Positions 1 to 4,495 of a DNA stretch of 5,488 nt are shown piece by piece. The stretch is from positions 1 to 5,488 of the IMG/VR virus record IMGVR_UViG_2778261674_000019; one strand, 5' to 3'. The notes under the pieces were generated by a model. It did no database searches. It saw nothing but the letters and a program-made list of their open reading frames with translations, and was not told where the DNA came from. The stretch's first letter is position 1. Every line of letters begins with the position of its first letter. A program made the position numbers and the translations under genes. The DNA comes from a virus (taxonomy: Duplodnaviria; Heunggongvirae; Uroviricota; Caudoviricetes).

Positions 1-297
1 CCCGCCAGCAGTGCGATGCGCCAGCATTGCCGCAAATACGGAGGCCGGGGAGTCGTAATACGCCAGCAGTGATTCTCCGTGTGGTGTCAGGTAGTGCAAC
101 GCCAGCCCGTGTGGTGTGAAGTCCACGCGGTAGCAGTCGTCTACTGTGAAATAAAGGGTGTCTGCATTCTCCGGTTTTGTGGTGCGTGCTCTGTTGTCAC
201 GACCACGGATGTAGAGATCAAATAATCCCTGAAGAACGGGAGCCAGACGGGTGTCCTGTGTGCGCACCCATCTTGTGAAGTCATGAGCGTCAATCAT
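1..297 (-). CDS. Hypothetical protein, 5' end only (3' end beyond left edge); sits where an antirepressor would in an immI-like module
   Basis: Open - strand frame from ATG at 297..295 to position 1 with no stop (99 codons visible, MIDAHDFTRWVRTQDTRLAPVLQGLFDLYIRGRDN...). SD-like AAAGAGAA about 8 nt upstream. Same frame and strand as the 76-aa gene, 72 nt downstream of its stop. Not in the ORF track, presumably because no stop is in the window. Confidence 0.5.
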   Translation of the reverse strand, partial: MIDAHDFTRWVRTQDTRLAPVLQGLFDLYIRGRDNRARTTKPENADTLYFTVDDCYRVDFTPHGLALHYLTPHGESLLAYYDSPASVFAAMLAHRTAGG

Positions 298-369
298 GCT
301 GCAATTCTCTTTACTACAGATGTGCGAAGGCCTCCCGCCGCAAGGTGCAGGAAAGGCCCGGAACAGGAA

Positions 370-600
370 TTAATGGAGTTTGTTTTGCTGCTGGAAGAGT
401 TGTTGCAGCTCGCGCAGATCATCCGCCAGATAGCTGAAAACAGAGGCGGAATAGATGTTCGATAGCGCGTGGCTGCGCTCATGCAGCATATTGATGTGCA
501 TGATTTGCGCGACGCGTGATGCGCGGAAAAGTCTACGGTTGATTTCAGTCTGGATGTGACGACGCTCCGCGATAGCGCGGTGCTGTTTGCGGTTTGCCAT
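370..600 (-). CDS. Small basic protein (76 aa, R/H/Q-rich), unknown function; sits where icd would in a P1 immI-like module
   Basis: ORF-track ORF with ATG at 600..598 and SD GAAGAGG (rc of 610..616) about 10 nt upstream. No family recognised from the sequence. Confidence 0.6.
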   Translation of the reverse strand: MANRKQHRAIAERRHIQTEINRRLFRASRVAQIMHINMLHERSHALSNIYSASVFSYLADDLRELQQLFQQQNKLH

Positions 601-608
601 GGTGTTTG

Positions 609-660
609 GCCTCTTCGTTTGTGAGTTTTTGGATACTCACCAACCAGAGTTGAGAATCTC
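609..660 (-). promoter_or_regulatory. Translation-initiation region of the 76-aa gene carrying two putative antisense target boxes (b2 CAAACGAAGA overlapping the SD, a2 UUCUCAAC) separated by a small hairpin
   Basis: b2 is rc of 612..621 and is complementary to the 12-nt loop of the structured domain (695..706). a2 is rc of 649..656 and is complementary to the single-stranded stretch at 682..689. Hairpin GTGAG-N10-CTCAC at 621..640. Confidence 0.4.
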
Positions 661-665
661 GGGGT

Positions 666-741
666 GGCGAGACGTACGGGGTTCTCAACACCGGCAAACG
701 AAGAAACCGGCCCGACCGAAGTCGGCCCCGTACGCCCCACC
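666..741 (-). ncRNA. Candidate c4-like antisense RNA domain (~76 nt)
   Basis: On the - strand, GGUGGGGCGUACGGGG (rc of 726..741) pairs with CCCCGUACGUCUCGCC (rc of 666..681) as a 16-bp closing helix with 3 G-U pairs. Inside are a C(UUCG)G tetraloop hairpin (712..725), a CCGG/CCGG stem with 12-nt loop UUUCUUCGUUUG (691..710) and a single-stranded GUUGAGAA (682..689). The loop and linker are complementary to boxes present twice nearby. Strand and exact ends are inferred. Confidence 0.35.
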
Positions 742-770
742 ATAATTCGTGTGCGAAAAAGACGTGGCAA
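742..770 (-). promoter_or_regulatory. Candidate sigma70 promoter, leftward: -35 TTGCCA (rc of 765..770), 17-bp spacer, -10 AATTAT (rc of 742..747)
   Basis: Hexamer match only; 5/6 for -35 and 4/6 for -10. Would start transcription at the 5' side of the structured domain. Confidence 0.25.
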
Positions 771-781
771 TACAGTACGCA

Positions 782-803
782 CAAAAAAACCGCTGGCGCG
801 GTT
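782..803 (-). terminator. Intrinsic terminator for the leftward early operon
   Basis: On the - strand: AACCGC-GCCA-GCGGTT hairpin (6-bp stem, 4-nt loop) followed by a U-tract of 7 in total. On the + strand it is preceded by A7 with no T-run after it, so it is unidirectional. The stem is short, so strength is uncertain. Confidence 0.4.
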
Positions 804-808
804 GTGCG

Positions 809-836
809 CTTCGTTTGTCAGCAGGTTGAGAATCCC
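809..836 (-). promoter_or_regulatory. Upstream copy of the two target boxes (b1 ACAAACGAAG, a1 GAUUCUCAAC) in the 3' region of the early operon
   Basis: Direct repeats of the boxes next to the 76-aa gene start: CTTCGTTTGT at 613..622 and 809..818; GTTGAGAATC at 649..658 and 825..834. Confidence 0.35.
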
Positions 837-862
837 GGCACCCGTTTTATGAGGTGCAGCAG

Positions 863-892
863 AAATGTAACCTGACTGATTGCGGCATGGCA
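863..892 (-). promoter_or_regulatory. Second candidate leftward promoter: -35 TTGCCA (rc of 887..892), ~18-bp spacer, -10 TACATT
   Basis: Hexamer match only. Would drive a transcript containing a1/b1, the terminator-like hairpin, the structured domain and a2/b2. Confidence 0.2.
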
Positions 893-925
893 AGCGGTTT
901 TTTTGTGTGTGCATGCTCTGATTTC

Positions 926-1225
926 TTACTGGTTCAGAAAAAAATCAAAAACCTTGTCAATGCGTTGCAACAGCTCTTGCTGTATTGCTTCCGGCGTTTC
1001 CGGTTCGCCTGGCGCCTCCAATGTCGCGCAGAAATCATCGATTTCATGATGGAGCGTCAGGCGAATGGCAGGAGCCGTGGTTCTGGCGTGCTCCAGCTCA
1101 TCCAGCAATGCCAGCACCGCAGACGGCGAGAGCATTGCGCGAAATGCCAGTAATTTTTGAGGTGTTGCCATTCGTTGCAGGGCAAATGCCAGTTCGCGTA
1201 GCTTCTGGTGGTTGATGGTGCTCAT
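926..1225 (-). CDS. Ead/Ea22-like prophage protein (99 aa)
   Basis: ORF-track ORF. Start ATG overlaps the upstream stop as ATGA. Contains the motif SPSAVLALLDELE, which I recall as characteristic of Ead/Ea22-like proteins of lambdoid prophages; family call is from memory. Confidence 0.6.
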   Translation of the reverse strand: MSTINHQKLRELAFALQRMATPQKLLAFRAMLSPSAVLALLDELEHARTTAPAIRLTLHHEIDDFCATLEAPGEPETPEAIQQELLQRIDKVFDFFLNQ

Positions 1226-1488
1226 GTTCTGGCTTCCTTCAGTAGCTGGTTAAACATGTGAGTAAGTGGATTGCTACACCCGAACGGCATCGGGTTTACG
1301 TGGTAAGAAGCCTGGCCTCCAGTTTTGCGAGCGCGACCACCTGTGCTGCGGTTTGTTCTGATGACTAAGCCGCCGCGCCAAAGTTGGCGTAACTCAGCAT
1401 TAATGGCTGTGGTTGGAGTATTCAGTGCTGCTGCGATTTCTCCGCCGCTACAACCCGGATGGGTAGCGATGTAGTCCAGAATGGTCAT
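1222..1488 (-). CDS. Probable winged-helix DNA-binding protein (88 aa)
   Basis: ORF-track ORF. ATGA start/stop overlap with the upstream gene. N-terminal ILDYIATHPGCSGGEIAAAL...LRQLWRGGLVIR resembles a winged HTH; Gly/Arg-rich basic tail. Confidence 0.6.
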   Translation of the reverse strand: MTILDYIATHPGCSGGEIAAALNTPTTAINAELRQLWRGGLVIRTNRSTGGRARKTGGQASYHVNPMPFGCSNPLTHMFNQLLKEART

Positions 1489-1688
1489 CTGCGTGGCTCC
1501 TGTACCTGTCGGATAAGATTCACCCGCGCCACGTTGGTGGCGCAGAAATAAGTGCCGTCAGTGAGGTAGATGTGGTGTGCATCCTTTTCCGAACGATGTT
1601 TGTCGATAGTGGTAATCAGTCGTTCGTCGACCTCGTATTCGCGCCCTCTGGAGGTAAAGCGAACGACGGGGAAATGCTTAATTGCCAT
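1485..1688 (-). CDS. Hypothetical protein (67 aa)
   Basis: ORF-track ORF with SD AAAGGGGG about 5 nt upstream of ATG 1688; stop overlaps the next start. Confidence 0.6.
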   Translation of the reverse strand: MAIKHFPVVRFTSRGREYEVDERLITTIDKHRSEKDAHHIYLTDGTYFCATNVARVNLIRQVQEPRR

Positions 1689-1711
1689 TGCGCCCCCTTT
1701 GTCCAGTAACC

Positions 1712-2122
1712 CTATGCGTTAAATACGGTGTGTCGGGCGTCATCAATGAATGCAACTTGAGAGCGCTCTATCAGGCGGAGATTTGTCAGAAGCGCTGATT
1801 CCCTTATGGGGTGAGGAGTGATCAGGTATTTGTCCTGTAATCCGGCAATAATGGTGTATCGCTGTAGCTCTGAGCCAATTGTGTAAATAAGGCGTCCGGT
1901 GTTAGATAAATCCAGTTCGGTGACTGGTTGAGTTTTGAAAAGCGTAAGTTCCGCACCCTGTTCTTCGATGATTTTGGCGGCTTCTGCCGTGACTTTTGCG
2001 ACTATCATTGTGTGGGTCGCGACGTCTATATGATTATTTGCTACGGCTTTTTTCGCTACTTCGCTTTCCATCTTTGAAATTTCTTTCAGTGCTCTGATGA
2101 TACCTTCTTCTTTTGCGTGCAT
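1712..2122 (-). CDS. Hypothetical protein (136 aa)
   Basis: ORF-track ORF with SD GGAGAT about 7 nt upstream of ATG 2122. Follows a 93-bp AT-rich gap. No family recognised. Confidence 0.65.
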   Translation of the reverse strand: MHAKEEGIIRALKEISKMESEVAKKAVANNHIDVATHTMIVAKVTAEAAKIIEEQGAELTLFKTQPVTELDLSNTGRLIYTIGSELQRYTIIAGLQDKYLITPHPIRESALLTNLRLIERSQVAFIDDARHTVFNA

Positions 2123-2215
2123 TTTTGTATCTCCGTTATCTGCGTGTGCGAATACCTCCGTTAATACGGATGGTTTTCACGTTTTCTTATTTAATTTGAT
2201 GTTTTATTTGTATCG

Positions 2216-2329
2216 TTATTCACCAGTGAAAAAACGTTCAATCTTTTTTACTGAATGAATAATTCGCATAATCCCAATGGCGCAGGCCACTGAAATAATC
2301 AGAGCAAGCCATGAAATAAATATACTCAT
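2216..2329 (-). CDS. Small single-pass membrane peptide (37 aa, MSIFISWLALIISVACAIGIMRIIHSVKKIERFFTGE), candidate membrane-active toxin or kil-type peptide
   Basis: Hand-translated; below the ORF-track size cutoff. ATG 2329..2327 overlaps the TGA stop of the upstream gene (2326..2328) as ATGA. Hydrophobic residues 3-21, then a basic tail. Confidence 0.4.
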   Translation of the reverse strand: MSIFISWLALIISVACAIGIMRIIHSVKKIERFFTGE

Positions 2330-2568
2330 GCGATATTCCCCAGCTTATACGGTTCAATATGTTCCCCGCATTCTGCGGCACAGATTAGCTCGGAAAGTTC
2401 GTTAAGTGCATCCAGATCATCAGCGTAAAAAGCCACGTCATACAGACTCCGGATTGCCCTGGTCAATGAGTCACGGGCTGCACGTTCAGCATGAGCGCCT
2501 GATGCACTTAAGCGAAAATAAAAACGCTCAAGTGCTTTGTTAATGAGAGTTTTATATTCTTTGCCCAT
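2326..2568 (-). CDS. Hypothetical protein (80 aa)
   Basis: ORF-track ORF with SD AAAGGG upstream of ATG 2568; 11 nt after the previous stop. Confidence 0.6.
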   Translation of the reverse strand: MGKEYKTLINKALERFYFRLSASGAHAERAARDSLTRAIRSLYDVAFYADDLDALNELSELICAAECGEHIEPYKLGNIA

Positions 2569-2579
2569 CGCAACGCCCT

Positions 2580-2867
2580 TTAATCTGCTTTCTGAATTTC
2601 AGCTTCTGAATCCATACAAATAATTTCGATATATGGTTCATCGCCATTAACCTGACGTGCCTTTTCAGCTTCACTAATGATTTCTCGTACGGTCTGGTAC
2701 GGAAGTTCCACAAGCAGTCGCGTGCCGTTCAGATAAACGTAAGTGGCTTCGTTGGCTCCGTTTTTACCCGCCGGAGCCACTCCATCAATAGCGGATGCGC
2801 GTAATAACAGTTCACCGCGAAAATCAATAAAACGGATAAATACACCTTGTGCATGCTCTTTGGTCAT
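2580..2867 (-). CDS. Hypothetical protein (95 aa)
   Basis: ORF-track ORF with SD AGGTGA 3-4 nt upstream of ATG 2867; 10 nt after the previous stop. Confidence 0.6.
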   Translation of the reverse strand: MTKEHAQGVFIRFIDFRGELLLRASAIDGVAPAGKNGANEATYVYLNGTRLLVELPYQTVREIISEAEKARQVNGDEPYIEIICMDSEAEIQKAD

Positions 2868-2877
2868 AAATCACCTG

Positions 2878-3231
2878 TTATAAATCAGTCTGTTTAATAA
2901 AACTCTGTCCACGCAGCAGACGATCAACCGTGCGAAGCGCTTCGTATAATGTGAAATCCTGCCCGAACTGATTGTCGCCGCTGCTTAGAGCAAAAATGCG
3001 GTTTCCAGTAAACGGATTGCGTGGGCATCTGTGAACCACGATTCCAGCCTTCTCAATCAGCCAGGTATGCTCGCCGATTTGTTTTACAGCGTGGCCATCC
3101 GGCGTTGCGTGTGTATCACTCAGGCTGTAGCGGATGTTGCTGCGTGATGCACTGGTAGCGAAACGGTTAGCATGGCGTTCCGCCCCGTTGCGGAAACGTT
3201 GTTGTGAAGAATTACGCTGTTGCTTATTCAT
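2878..3231 (-). CDS. Hypothetical protein (117 aa from ATG 3231; 120 aa if the GTG at 3240 is used), basic Q/R/S-rich N-terminus
   Basis: ORF-track ORF 2878..3240. The in-frame ATG at 3231 has a better SD (GAGGTG about 9 nt upstream). Confidence 0.6.
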   Translation of the reverse strand: MNKQQRNSSQQRFRNGAERHANRFATSASRSNIRYSLSDTHATPDGHAVKQIGEHTWLIEKAGIVVHRCPRNPFTGNRIFALSSGDNQFGQDFTLYEALRTVDRLLRGQSFIKQTDL

Positions 3232-3242
3232 TTTTTGCACCT

Positions 3243-3449
3243 CTACCCGATAAACCAGATGACAAACACCATGATCATTGCCCCAATGGCAGCCGGAAAA
3301 AGACCTCTGGCATAAGCAGTGATGTATTCAACATTGAGAGCCATAAAGCGTTCCTCATACCCTGTTAATTTGCGAAGAAGCCAAATCACTACCACGCCCA
3401 CTTCAAAAAGAACGAGGGTCAAAATGATATTGGTGATGTTGTTGGTCAT
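3243..3449 (-). CDS. Small two-helix membrane protein (68 aa)
   Basis: Internal ATG (3449..3447) of the track ORF 3243..3698; the upstream part of that ORF overlaps the cox-position gene out of frame. Two hydrophobic helices (NIILTLVLFEVGVVVIWLL and LFPAAIGAMIMVFVIWFIG). Starts 10 nt after the previous stop; SD is weak and distant (GAAGG at -17). Confidence 0.5.
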   Translation of the reverse strand: MTNNITNIILTLVLFEVGVVVIWLLRKLTGYEERFMALNVEYITAYARGLFPAAIGAMIMVFVIWFIG

Positions 3450-3459
3450 TTTTGTGTGT

Positions 3460-3981
3460 TTAGTTGCCTTCGCTGCTTTTGAGTCGCTCCAGCTTTGAGC
3501 TTCTACCCATATAAACCCGTTTTCCGTTAACGGTCTGGCAGTCTTCTTTGTCGGCTGGAGAGAACTTTCTTTTCTGGCGGTCATACGTCCAGTAACTTTT
3601 CCAGTTGTGCCATTCTGGGGGCTCGTACTCTGGTAGCTCATCAGCCAACTTGTCCCACTCTTTGGCGTTAAACCACCATACTCCGTCTGAGTTTTCATCT
3701 TCTGGGTTTGTGCGCGTTTTGTGTCCCGGCATTTGACCGCGATGAATGGCTACGCGCAGTGCAGATTTTGTTAGGCCAATATATGCCGCGCCTTTTTCCA
3801 GAGAGCAAAGCCCGGCGATCGGACCATCCAGCCGTAAAGTCGCTCCTTTTTTGTAGGAGCGCTTTTTCTTGTTTTCTTCGTGTTCGTCGTCGTTGGCGGC
3901 ATCAATGGATCCGCTGAGTGTGTCACTTTCCTGAAGTGGTTGGTGGTCAGATAACTCTTTATCGGCAATGAAGTCCCGCAT
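3460..3981 (-). CDS. Excisionase-family HTH DNA-binding protein in the cox/apl position (173 aa)
   Basis: ORF-track ORF with strong SD AAGAGGA about 6 nt upstream of ATG 3981. Central segment GAAYIGLTKSALRVAIHRGQMPGHK...DGVWWFNAKEWDKL resembles Xis/AlpA-type HTH domains. First gene of the operon divergent from the repressor. Confidence 0.65.
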   Translation of the reverse strand: MRDFIADKELSDHQPLQESDTLSGSIDAANDDEHEENKKKRSYKKGATLRLDGPIAGLCSLEKGAAYIGLTKSALRVAIHRGQMPGHKTRTNPEDENSDGVWWFNAKEWDKLADELPEYEPPEWHNWKSYWTYDRQKRKFSPADKEDCQTVNGKRVYMGRSSKLERLKSSEGN

Positions 3982-4084
3982 TTGTTATCCTCTTGCGTTG
4001 GTGCGCTTGTTGCGCCTTGTGATGGTTTGTTTTGGTTTGTTTTCTTCACCGTGTGGTGAAGAGCGAAAAGAGGATACTCATCGT
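3982..4084. promoter_or_regulatory. Divergent lysis/lysogeny switch region (Pe-like and Pc-like promoters with operators)
   Basis: 103-bp gap between divergent start codons. Tandem imperfect repeats TTGGTGCGC/TTGTTGCGC (3998..4015), perfect tandem GGTTTGTTTT x2 (4024..4043), palindrome TCTTCACC-GTGT-GGTGAAGA (4043..4062), and inverted AAGAGGATA SD boxes at each end (3986..3994 rc, 4068..4076). Promoter hexamers not confidently placed. Confidence 0.6.
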
Positions 4085-4426
4085 ATGGTGAACATGTCAA
4101 GAGATTACGCCAAAAAACTAAAGGCGATCAGAAATGCGGAAAAACTTACACAATCTCAGTTTTCGCAAGTAACGGGGGTTTCTGTAGGGACTATAGGAAA
4201 TTATGAGTCTGGATATAAACCTGCGCGAATTGAGGTTGTAGAAAAAGTAATCCAGGTCGAGCGATTCGAAAAATACACTATGTGGATACTTCACGACAAA
4301 ACATTTCCCGCTGCCGGGCAGGTTGCTCCGGCTCTCTCTCTTGATGGCTCTATTCAGTCGGAGGGCGATCAGGTTTCAATCGGCATTACCCAAAAATCAC
4401 CCCGATCAGGCCGCAATGTTGGCTGA
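4085..4426 (+). CDS. P2 C-like immunity repressor, HTH (114 aa)
   Basis: Internal ATG of track ORF 3968..4426, with SD AAGAGGA (4068..4074) 10 nt upstream. Resembles phage P2 repressor C as I recall it (KYTMWILHDK, AGQVAPAL). Directly upstream of and co-directional with int, as in P2. Confidence 0.8.
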   Translation: MVNMSRDYAKKLKAIRNAEKLTQSQFSQVTGVSVGTIGNYESGYKPARIEVVEKVIQVERFEKYTMWILHDKTFPAAGQVAPALSLDGSIQSEGDQVSIGITQKSPRSGRNVG

Positions 4427-4495
4427 CGCTACACATTGAGCGAATTACATCTCGCAAGGAGTGTTTAGTTAATTTATCCGTTGGAGGGGCTAATC

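Noticed and set aside
283-465. 60-aa + strand ORF and the 66-aa + strand ORF at 4995..5195
   Set aside because: The first overlaps the start of the left-edge gene and the end of the 76-aa gene on the opposite strand; the second lies inside int in another frame. Both look like chance ORFs.
601-745. Retron msr/msd or tRNA-like gene as the explanation for the structured region
   Set aside because: No reverse-transcriptase-sized ORF lies downstream and there are no flanking a1/a2-type long inverted repeats. No tRNA cloverleaf, T-loop GTTCGA motif or CCA end could be traced.
768-779. LexA (SOS) box upstream of the left gene pair
   Set aside because: Only a half-site (TACTGTAT on the - strand) is present; there is no CTGT-N8-ACAG partner at the correct spacing.
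545-784. 79-aa - strand ORF covering the structured region
   Set aside because: It overlaps the dense inverted and direct repeats, the predicted promoter and the start of the 76-aa gene out of frame. An RNA or regulatory reading explains the region better.
886-907. + strand T7 run (898..904) as a terminator
   Set aside because: No stable GC-rich hairpin immediately precedes the T-run, and there is no + strand gene upstream for it to terminate.
294-914. 206-aa - strand ORF from the track
   Set aside because: It spans the 76-aa gene, the structured non-coding region and the terminator in a different frame, and has no sensible start context. Most likely a chance open frame.
664-1215. + strand track ORFs 664..852, 854..1153 and 985..1215
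   Set aside because: They are antisense to the structured region or to the Ea22-like gene, have no convincing RBS, and break the otherwise uniform strand organisation.
3968-4084. N-terminal extension of the repressor ORF (start at 3968)
   Set aside because: The extension covers the switch region and is hydrophobic, low-complexity sequence. The ATG at 4085 has a proper SD 10 nt upstream and gives a protein of a size consistent with P2 C.
3708-4100. Track ORFs 3708..3917 (+) and 3771..4100 (-)
   Set aside because: Both overlap the cox-position gene and/or the switch region. The 3771..4100 ORF would read through the divergent promoter and into the repressor start.
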